From Acholeplasma laidlawii PG-8A (GTDB lineage: Bacteria > Bacillota_I > Bacilli_A > Acholeplasmatales > Acholeplasmataceae), in the NCBI RefSeq assembly GCF_000018785.1, contig NC_010163.1, positions 120,001 through 152,000 of the forward strand: DNA of 32,000 nt, read 5' to 3'. This document shows, one piece after another, positions 25,587 through 32,000 of this stretch. A program made the position numbers and the translations under genes. The notes below the pieces were generated by a model. It ran no database searches. It saw only the letters and a list, made by a program, of their open reading frames with translations, and had not been told where the DNA came from. Every line of letters starts with the position of its first letter. Position 1 is the stretch's first letter.

Positions 25587-26584
25587 ATAACCCTACTGAA
25601 GACAACGAATCGCCAATAATTACATTAGAACCGGGCGTAAGTCCGGTTCGACTCTCAGTAGGGGATTCATGGACATTACCTACTGCAACTGCAGTAGATA
25701 ATGTTGAAGGTGAAATTTCATTTATAGATGTAGATACTACACTTATCAATCAATTCTATAATAGTTCTACAAGTCAATATATATTCACAACAACAGGTAC
25801 CTATGAAGTGGAATTCACTGCAGCAGATGAATCCGGAAATATAGCTACCAAAGTTATAATAATTATTGTGAGTGATGGTGTAGATAGTTATACAGGCTAT
25901 TATGAGTCTATTAATGGACTTAGTGGCCAAGCACTAGTAGATGAATTGTATACTGTCCTAAATAATACAGGACAATATACTACAACAACATATGGCGCAG
26001 CTAGATATCATCTAGAACAAACCGATGCATGGATAGGATTTAATACAAACTACTTGTATTTAATTTATACAGATACATTAAAGGGATCTGTAAGTAGTGG
26101 ATATCCTGATGAAGGATATGCACTAGCAAAATGGGATGAAGGTGCTACTTGGAATAGAGAACACGTTTGGGCTAAATCTTTATTTGGTACAGGTAACTAC
26201 GAACCGGGAGCTTCAACAAGAGGTATTGATGCAGACTTACATAACTTAAGAGCTGCCGACACAACTGTAAACTCCACAAGAAGCAACAACCTATTTATTA
26301 ACCAAGTATACAATGCAGGTGGTTTTGGTAACTACAATTCAAAATGGTATCCAGGAGATCACCATAGAGGGGATGTTGCTAGAATCTTATTCTACATGGA
26401 TATTAGATGGGGTGGTTTAACCAACTTATCTAACATAGGTGATTTAGCAACACTGCTCCAGTGGCATGAACTAGATCCAGTGGATGATTTTGAAATCAAT
26501 AGAAATAATCTAATATATGGATTCCAAAACAATAGAAATCCATTTATTGATCATCCAGAACTTGTCGATAAAATTTGGGCATAA
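25577..26584 (+). CDS. DUF5011/HYR-like module plus Endonuclease I (Bsn-like) domain; continuation of 23091..25586 in the -1 frame
   Basis: This frame is open from 25577, well upstream of the ORF-track GTG at 25808, and encodes NNPTEDNESPIITLEPGVSPV...TYEVEFTAADESGN. It then has WNREHVWAKS, DLHNLRAADTTVNSTRSN, GDVARILFYM and NRNPFIDHPE. Confidence 0.8.
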   Translation, partial: FKVNNPTEDNESPIITLEPGVSPVRLSVGDSWTLPTATAVDNVEGEISFIDVDTTLINQFYNSSTSQYIFTTTGTYEVEFTAADESGNIATKVIIIIVSDGVDSYTGYYESINGLSGQALVDELYTVLNNTGQYTTTTYGAARYHLEQTDAWIGFNTNYLYLIYTDTLKGSVSSGYPDEGYALAKWDEGATWNREHVWAKSLFGTGNYEPGASTRGIDADLHNLRAADTTVNSTRSNNLFINQVYNAGGFGNYNSKWYPGDHHRGDVARILFYMDIRWGGLTNLSNIGDLATLLQWHELDPVDDFEINRNNLIYGFQNNRNPFIDHPELVDKIWA

Positions 26585-26606
26585 TAAATCAATAATCAAT
26601 CATAAT

Positions 26607-26645
26607 AAGCAGCAATCACATATATGAATGTGTATTGCTGCTTTT
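26607..26645 (+). terminator. rho-independent terminator
   Basis: AAGCAGCAAT...ATTGCTGCTT stem with an inner CACA/TGTG extension, then TTT. Confidence 0.8.
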
Positions 26646-26842
26646 AATGAGATTATGTAATCAAAATAGAATCAGATATAAATTCATAACGTTTTTATTA
26701 AACATAACTAGATTTATGTAGAGCTCAATACAGATAAGCATTATATGAATTAGCTTAAATATGTTACAATATGATGTTAGGTTTATAAAAATATATAGAG
26801 ATAGATTAAATCTTTGTATAATAAAAATAGGGGATTTGTAAA

Positions 26843-27415
26843 ATGAAAAAAATAATGATAGTCATAGGTTTGTGCTTTCTATTCATATTAGTAGGTTGTA
26901 CTACAAATAATAATCGTGACATAAGTTATAGTTATGTGTTCATTGGTGAAGATGAAAGAACTTTCCAAACAACACTTACAACAAAGAATGAATTAGATTC
27001 AATCAAACAAAAAATCAATGTGATAGAGAATAATTTAAAAGAGATCACACTTGATGAACCAGATTATAATCAATCAACAGTAAGTACATTTGGTTTTAGT
27101 TATAATGAGTATCGTGGTGGAAGATACTATTATTACACATTTGCCTTATACTATAAGATTGTTGATTCAAAACTAGAGTACACTATTCATAAAAATAAAC
27201 AAGAGATGAGAGTTCGTGTACATAGTAAAGTACTCATGGAATATATATACTCAAGTAAAGAAGAAGGTACTTTAGTTAACTATACATTTGGCTTGTATTA
27301 TAATGAAACTCCAAATGGTTTACAAACTCAAAAATATATACTAAAAATAAGTGAATCTGATGATAACTTGGTATATAAATTTGGTGGTTTTACTTTAACA
27401 AATAGTAATTATTAA
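26843..27415 (+). CDS. lipoprotein of unknown function
   Basis: Signal peptide plus lipobox ILVGC. AGGGGA SD. No recognisable domain. Confidence 0.75.
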   Translation: MKKIMIVIGLCFLFILVGCTTNNNRDISYSYVFIGEDERTFQTTLTTKNELDSIKQKINVIENNLKEITLDEPDYNQSTVSTFGFSYNEYRGGRYYYYTFALYYKIVDSKLEYTIHKNKQEMRVRVHSKVLMEYIYSSKEEGTLVNYTFGLYYNETPNGLQTQKYILKISESDDNLVYKFGGFTLTNSNY

Positions 27416-27442
27416 TAAGATTAAAAACAAGGATGGAATAAT

Positions 27443-28033
27443 ATGATGAAAAAGCTTAGCTTAGTCTTAAGTGTTGTAATGATTCTTATATTAATTGGGT
27501 GTGTAGATGATAAACCAACTACAAGATTGGAAACACCAACAAACCTAAAATTTGAAATTGCAACGCTTACGTTTGATGAAGTAGAGCATGCTACAAGCTA
27601 CATTATTATTGCAGAAGGACTTAATGCAATCGTAAATACGAATAGCTACACCTTCCCACATGAAGGTGTATATAAGGTTCGTGTTGTTGCAAGAGCTAAA
27701 GGCTACCTTGATTCACTGTACTCCACGGAACTTGAGGTGGTTGTAAGTTTCACAGATCAAAAACCATACATGATATCAAGTAAAGATATAACAACTAACT
27801 TTAAGGATGACATAAAACTTTCCTTTGCTAGCTTAGGTTATACGTTTAAAAGTCTTAATGGATATGCTATTACTTCAAGTGACTATACATATGTAAATGA
27901 TGTACTCACAATCAAGGCTAGTTTTCTAAAAACAGCATTTGAAAAAGAAAGTGAAAGAACATCTTTAATATTTTCATATACATTTGAAAAAGACGATCAA
28001 ACACACTTAGGTTTTATTACAATTAAAAAATAA
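27443..28033 (+). CDS. Fn3-like lipoprotein, short paralog of 21079..22227
   Basis: Lipobox ILIGC. Both ends are similar to the 382-aa lipoprotein. Confidence 0.8.
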   Translation: MMKKLSLVLSVVMILILIGCVDDKPTTRLETPTNLKFEIATLTFDEVEHATSYIIIAEGLNAIVNTNSYTFPHEGVYKVRVVARAKGYLDSLYSTELEVVVSFTDQKPYMISSKDITTNFKDDIKLSFASLGYTFKSLNGYAITSSDYTYVNDVLTIKASFLKTAFEKESERTSLIFSYTFEKDDQTHLGFITIKK

Positions 28034-28041
28034 AATACATT

Positions 28042-28074
28042 AAAATTCCTATCAAATTTGATAGGAATTTTATT
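28042..28074 (+). terminator. rho-independent terminator
   Basis: AAAATTCCTATCAA / TTGATAGGAATTTT palindrome followed by T-rich sequence. Confidence 0.85.
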
Positions 28075-28091
28075 ATATGGATGTTAATAGA

Positions 28092-28100
28092 TGTTATAAT
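28092..28100 (+). promoter_or_regulatory. extended -10 promoter element for the SPFH gene
   Basis: TGtTATAAT at 28092-28100. The -35 region is weak. Confidence 0.4.
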
Positions 28101-28202
28101 ATTAAGTGAACAGTTATCCAAAAACATATGAAATGTGGACCACCACATTTAAATAGAGCTATAGATAAATGTATCTTAAAAAATAGAGGGAGATTTTTTA
28201 AC

Positions 28203-29225
28203 ATGGCATATGTTATAAGTAGTTTTATCTTATTTGTAGTATTTCTTGCAGGAGCAATTGGTATCATTGCAAACTACAAACATAAATATGGAAGTAAAGT
28301 TTATTTTTCCATACTGGCTGCACCGTTAGCATTTTTAATACTCTTATTTGGTTCATTTACAACCGTAGGTGCAAATGAAGTAGGTATTATATTTGATGAA
28401 TTAAATGGTGGAGTTTTAGAAGAGACCTATGGTCAAGGGTTACATGCTAAATCACCATTTAGACATGTAACAACTATATCTACTACAAATAGAACATCTT
28501 ATATAGAAGTGTATTCTCAAACTGAAGATAGTATTTTTGCAAAGTTTGAGATTACTGTAATTTATAATATAGAAACAAATAATGCAGGGCTATTTTATAG
28601 AACAACAGGTAGTGTAGATATTTCTTCACAACAGTTGAACTCTATTGTTAAAAAGAACTTACAAAGTATAACTACACAACATAATATATTTGATATTATG
28701 GGTGTGTCATTAGAAGAGGTACGTGCTGCATTTAGAGATGTCTTATCAAATGATCTAATGAATATCTATCATATAACATTAGTATCAGTTTCTATTGATG
28801 ATGTAGATGCAGGTACTGAAATTGAACAAATCATTCAAGATAAAGCAAAAGCAATTCAACAAATTGAAATCGCACAACAAGAAAAAGCAAGACAAGACGT
28901 TATCAATGAAACAAATCGTATTAAAGCTGAAATTGATGCAGAGATTGCTTTAATTAAAGCACAATCTGATTTTGTAGTAGCTGAAAAACAAGCAGAAGCT
29001 CAAGCTGTATTAAATGCAGCAGCAGTAAATGCAATTCAAACAATGTATGACCTACAGTTTGAAACGCCTGCAGAAAAACTAGAGTTTGAGACAAATGGTA
29101 CAGGAGGATATCTAACAATTCAAGAGGTTTCTACAATTGTTATTAAACAACTTTACTATGATGTATGGGATGGCAAATTACCTACTGTTATTACAGACGG
29201 ATCAGGCATTATTATTCAACCATAA
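28203..29225 (+). CDS. SPFH/band-7 (prohibitin/HflK-like) membrane protein
   Basis: N-terminal TM helix, SPFH core (VGANEVGIIFDELNGGV...), and an Ala/Gln/Glu-rich coiled-coil tail. GAGGGAG SD before ATG 28203. The ORF-track start at 28128 has no SD. Confidence 0.8.
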   Translation: MAYVISSFILFVVFLAGAIGIIANYKHKYGSKVYFSILAAPLAFLILLFGSFTTVGANEVGIIFDELNGGVLEETYGQGLHAKSPFRHVTTISTTNRTSYIEVYSQTEDSIFAKFEITVIYNIETNNAGLFYRTTGSVDISSQQLNSIVKKNLQSITTQHNIFDIMGVSLEEVRAAFRDVLSNDLMNIYHITLVSVSIDDVDAGTEIEQIIQDKAKAIQQIEIAQQEKARQDVINETNRIKAEIDAEIALIKAQSDFVVAEKQAEAQAVLNAAAVNAIQTMYDLQFETPAEKLEFETNGTGGYLTIQEVSTIVIKQLYYDVWDGKLPTVITDGSGIIIQP

Positions 29226-29246
29226 TTAAATATATATATAAATCAT

Positions 29247-29283
29247 AATAACCCAATCACTTTCATGTGATTGGGTTATTTCT
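29247..29283 (+). terminator. rho-independent terminator after the SPFH gene
   Basis: Perfect 14-bp stem AATAACCCAATCAC / GTGATTGGGTTATT, 6-nt loop. Confidence 0.75.
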
Positions 29284-29323
29284 ATATGGATAACTACCCA
29301 TCACCACATAATTTATAAATTAT

Positions 29324-29344
29324 ATCGGGAAATTTTTTTCCGAT
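29324..29344. repeat. 21-bp palindromic repeat copy 1
   Basis: ATCGGGAAATTTTTTTCCGAT. Confidence 0.9.
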
Positions 29345-29441
29345 ATAAAAGAAGTTAAATATGATATAGAATTAAAATAATGGATTATTTGACACGTTAT
29401 TAGGCATTTTTAAGTGTTTATGTACTGCAAGGGTTATCTAA

Positions 29442-29462
29442 ATCGGGAATATTATTTCCGAC
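29442..29462. repeat. 21-bp palindromic repeat copy 2
   Basis: ATCGGGAATATTATTTCCGAC. Confidence 0.9.
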
Positions 29463-29473
29463 TAGTCTTAATA

Positions 29474-29494
29474 ATCGGGAAATTATTACCCGAT
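29474..29494. repeat. 21-bp palindromic repeat copy 3
   Basis: ATCGGGAAATTATTACCCGAT. Confidence 0.9.
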
Positions 29495-29587
29495 TAAGGG
29501 GAACCATTAAATTAATATTGGCGTAACTCTTACATATTACCACGATCTATAAAATTGATGCACCTTACCACAAATCTTAATAATCGC

Positions 29588-29608
29588 ATCGGGAATTAAT
29601 TTCCCGAT
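29588..29608. repeat. 21-bp palindromic repeat copy 4
   Basis: ATCGGGAATTAATTTCCCGAT. Confidence 0.9.
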
Positions 29609-29614
29609 ATTGCA

Positions 29615-29650
29615 TTAAAAAAGTGATCTACTCTAAACTTTGTAGACCAC
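29615..29650 (-). terminator. rho-independent terminator of the minus-strand VOC gene
   Basis: On the minus strand, GTGGTCTAC / GTAGATCAC stem (one mismatch) followed by TTTTTT. Confidence 0.7.
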
Positions 29651-29660
29651 TTCAATAACT

Positions 29661-30509
29661 TTATCTAAAATCAGTTGTTAAATATACTTTAACGTTGTTT
29701 ACATCTTTAATATACACCTTATCACTGTCTTGGGTTAATGTGATATGAGCTTTGTCTATACGTTCTAGTAAAGTATTATATCTATCCTTTGGAATATATA
29801 AGGTATAAGATTTTAGACCGACTGCATTATCTGGATTATTTGGTATATTTTGACCATTCCATATATTAAAACCAATATGGTGGTGATAACCTAAATCACT
29901 TACGAATGCTGCTTGTGGGCCATATTCCATAGTGTTTTGAAATCCTAATATATCAATGAAGAAAGTTCTTGCTGCTTTCATGTTAGCTACATGTAAATGG
30001 ATATGTCCCATGATGGTTTCATCAGGAATTTTAGTAAATTGTGTTTTTAGTGCTTTATTAACTAAGTCTTGATAGTCCATTGGACTGTTTACAACTTCAT
30101 CAAATCTTGGCCATTCATTTTCTGGTTTATCTGCATAAACCTCAATACCATTACCATCTGGATCATCTAAGTAAAGTGCTTCACTAATACCATGATCAGC
30201 ACCTCCAGATACTGGTGTTTTAGTATCGATCATATGCTTAATGAATTGTCCTAAGTGTGCTCTTGAAGGAAGTAGTATTGCGAAGTGATATAGACCGGTT
30301 GTAAGTTGTTTTGGCATAGATAGTGTATTATATACTAATGTTATTAAATGTGTATTGGTGTGTGTACCTAATTTATAGGTGTTATCAATTTTTTCTAGTA
30401 GTTTAAAACCAAATACTTCTTGGTAAAACTTTAGTGATGTTTCAATGTTTGAAACCATTAAAGTAACATCTGTTACTTGCATAAATTGATTAGAGTGAAA
30501 ATTGTTCAT
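29661..30509 (-). CDS. two-domain VOC-family protein (glyoxalase / extradiol ring-cleaving dioxygenase-like)
   Basis: 282 aa with two tandem VOC-like halves (VTLMVSNIETSLKFYQEVFGFKL and HIHLHVANMKAARTFFIDILGF). AGGAGG SD. Confidence 0.75.
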   Translation of the reverse strand: MNNFHSNQFMQVTDVTLMVSNIETSLKFYQEVFGFKLLEKIDNTYKLGTHTNTHLITLVYNTLSMPKQLTTGLYHFAILLPSRAHLGQFIKHMIDTKTPVSGGADHGISEALYLDDPDGNGIEVYADKPENEWPRFDEVVNSPMDYQDLVNKALKTQFTKIPDETIMGHIHLHVANMKAARTFFIDILGFQNTMEYGPQAAFVSDLGYHHHIGFNIWNGQNIPNNPDNAVGLKSYTLYIPKDRYNTLLERIDKAHITLTQDSDKVYIKDVNNVKVYLTTDFR

Positions 30510-30610
30510 GTGTAACCTCCTAAAGTATTTATGTTACGAGTTTATTATAACAGTGATAGTATCTTTTGGGAAGTAGGCACTTCTTGGTAACTATGTTACT
30601 TTACAACAAA

Positions 30611-30652
30611 ATCCCAAAATAAAATCCATTCAAGCAAATGACTTGAATGGAT
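30611..30652 (-). terminator. rho-independent terminator of the minus-strand DUF3267-like gene
   Basis: On the minus strand, perfect 11-bp stem ATCCATTCAAG / CTTGAATGGAT followed by TTTTATTTT. Confidence 0.8.
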
Positions 30653-30662
30653 GGGTTTATTG

Positions 30663-31235
30663 TTATTTCTTGTAAATGGTCATCCCAATACCGTAATCAT
30701 GGATAAGTGTATCTGGTTTACATCTTATGAGTTTTAATATGACGTAGAAATCTCCTACACAGCCAGCGGTATGAATTGCTAGTATGATATATAAACCAAG
30801 AGAGTGCATCGGGAATAAATAGATGGATGCGACAAGTAGTGGTGTAATGATCATAAATGGTGCAATACCTGTTAGGATATAGTGATTTTTATAAAAGTAA
30901 ATACCCTCCACGGATGCAGATGCTGCCCATCCGTGGAATTTATAACTAACCTTTTCTTTAGTACCTAGCTTAAAGAATATGCCATGAATGAGTTCATGAA
31001 TGATGATTGAAAAGAATGCGAATACTAAATATAGAAGTATGTCTAATGGATTCATCGTAATGGGATCATTATAGGGATTTAAATCTAAATATATAACATA
31101 ACCTAAAATGAAAGGTAGTATCAATAAAATAGAACCAATATTTAAGAATACAAGTATTTTCTTATCTTTTAAATTGATACTTAATTTTTCTTTGTAGCCA
31201 GTTGGTAGAGTATGATAACTTCTAATACGTTTCAT
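30663..31235 (-). CDS. DUF3267-like membrane protein with HExxH (putative zincin peptidase)
   Basis: 190 aa, several TM helices, HELIHG motif inside a hydrophobic segment. Confidence 0.65.
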   Translation of the reverse strand: MKRIRSYHTLPTGYKEKLSINLKDKKILVFLNIGSILLILPFILGYVIYLDLNPYNDPITMNPLDILLYLVFAFFSIIIHELIHGIFFKLGTKEKVSYKFHGWAASASVEGIYFYKNHYILTGIAPFMIITPLLVASIYLFPMHSLGLYIILAIHTAGCVGDFYVILKLIRCKPDTLIHDYGIGMTIYKK

Positions 31236-31384
31236 GATAGTAACCTCATTATTAAGACTTATAATCGACTACATTATAGCAGTAATTAAATAAAAAGTGT
31301 TGAAAGATTGTAAGATGAAATGTCACAAAATTTTCATATCTTTTTTAGTGTGTGTGAAAATGCGGAGAGGTGACACTTTTCTTG

Positions 31385-31413
31385 TTGACATACACCCTCA
31401 ATAATGATAGAAT
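31385..31413 (+). promoter_or_regulatory. promoter for rplK-rplA
   Basis: TTGACA 31385-31390, 17-nt spacer, TAGAAT 31408-31413 with upstream TG (TGaTAGAAT). ~75-nt leader. Confidence 0.6.
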
Positions 31414-31489
31414 ATTCACGCGTGTAAACACACCATAGTGGGAGAAATATTCGTACCACATACTTATTACAAAAGAAGGAGGTCGTGTT

Positions 31490-31921
31490 ATGGCAGAAAA
31501 GAAAAAAGTAGTCAAACAAGTTAAGTTGCAAATTCCTGGCGGTAAAGCAACTCCAGCTCCACCCGTTGGTCCAGCACTCGGGCAAGCTCAAGTTAACATT
31601 CCGCAATTTGTTAAACAATTTAACGATATGACTCAAAATATGGTTGGTTATATTGTACCAGTTGTAATCTCTGTTTATGATGACAGAACATTCTCAATTG
31701 AAACAAAAACTCCACCTGCTTCTGACTTACTAAAGAAAGCAGCAAATATCAAAGCTGGAGCAAGTAATCCAAAGAAAGATAAAGTTGCTACAATCACTAG
31801 AGCACAGTTAGAAGAAGTTGCAAAAATGAAAATGCCGGATTTAAACGCATACGATGTGAAAGCAGCATCTAAGATCATCGAAGGTACTGCAAAACAAATG
31901 GGCATTATAGTTTCAGAATAA
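31490..31921 (+). CDS. rplK: 50S ribosomal protein L11 (uL11)
   Basis: [27 protein letters not shown] is the canonical L11 N-terminal signature. GGAGG SD. Confidence 0.97.
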   Translation: MAEKKKVVKQVKLQIPGGKATPAPPVGPALGQAQVNIPQFVKQFNDMTQNMVGYIVPVVISVYDDRTFSIETKTPPASDLLKKAANIKAGASNPKKDKVATITRAQLEEVAKMKMPDLNAYDVKAASKIIEGTAKQMGIIVSE

Positions 31922-31987
31922 TTTAGAACTTTAAAGTTTCTAAATTGTGGGAGGATATCCCGTTATACCACATTTAGGAGGAATTTC

Positions 31988-32000
31988 ATGAAAAGAGGAA
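31988..32000 (+). CDS. rplA: start of 50S ribosomal protein L1 gene (truncated by the window end)
   Basis: AGGAGG SD, then ATG AAA AGA GGA (MKRG...), directly after rplK as in the conserved operon. Only 4 codons are visible. Confidence 0.5.

Noticed and set aside
25489-25930. Two minus-strand ORFs (25489..25749 and 25718..25930) in the apparent gap between the 839-aa and 258-aa ORFs.
   Set aside because: The + strand here encodes a recognisable DUF5011/HYR-like module paralogous to 17629-17865, so the gap is coding on the + strand after a frameshift.
28128-28147. Hairpin AAATGTGG-acca-CCACATTT in the SPFH 5' leader.
   Set aside because: It is a short stem with no T tract and no match to a riboswitch or attenuator I recognise. 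It may simply be a chance palindrome.
29324-29608. Whether the four 21-bp repeats form a CRISPR array.
   Set aside because: The repeats are too short and fully palindromic. The spacings are irregular (97, 11 and 93 nt between copies). No cas genes or leader are present.
15186-31489. Calling the nusG-rplK insert a mobile element or prophage.
   Set aside because: No integrase, transposase, tRNA target, phage genes or flanking direct repeats were found. It is reported only as an accessory island.
31334-31636. 100-aa minus-strand ORF spanning the rplK promoter, leader and 5' end.
   Set aside because: It overlaps the unambiguous rplK gene and its promoter. The translation is Cys/Phe-rich nonsense with no SD.
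1-32000. Mycoplasma-type genetic code (TGA = Trp).
   Set aside because: All long genes are intact with TGA as a stop (for example, gltX ends in TGA), and the conserved Trp positions checked by eye use TGG. The standard code fits.

Overview
AT-rich (roughly 30% GC by eye) segment that uses the standard genetic code (TGA is a stop, Trp is TGG). It looks like a low-GC Gram-positive or Mollicutes-like chromosome. It has many lipobox lipoproteins and no wall-anchor motifs, so an Acholeplasma-like origin is a guess only. The backbone, all on the + strand, is the conserved Firmicutes block rplM-rpsI / gltX / cysS-mrnC-rlmB-sigH-rpmG-secE-nusG / rplK-rplA. Accessory DNA interrupts it in three places. 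Between gltX and cysS sit a GLUG-type lipoprotein, an ArsB/NhaD-like permease and a DUF2779 dual nuclease. A P-type ATPase lies between mrnC and rlmB. A ~16.3-kb island lies between nusG and rplK. The island holds three paralogous surface or secreted proteins ending in an Endonuclease I (Bsn/EndA-like) domain, Fn3-like lipoprotein paralogs, an SPFH protein and two minus-strand genes. Scattered among these are an HPr-kinase-like P-loop protein, a PqqD-like (RRE) protein and an unlisted 47-aa ORF that has the hallmarks of a lasso-peptide precursor. No lasso cyclase or leader protease is visible in the window. This dispersed RiPP-like set, with each part directly abutting a nuclease or lipoprotein gene, is the best candidate for something new. 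Other points: three apparent 1-nt frameshifts, all in short A runs (rpmG, the signal peptide of the 1174-aa nuclease, and the junction of the 839-aa and 258-aa ORFs); four copies of a 21-bp palindrome in a 435-bp convergent intergenic region; several operator-like palindromes. No tRNA or rRNA genes, CRISPR arrays, transposases or integrases were recognised.
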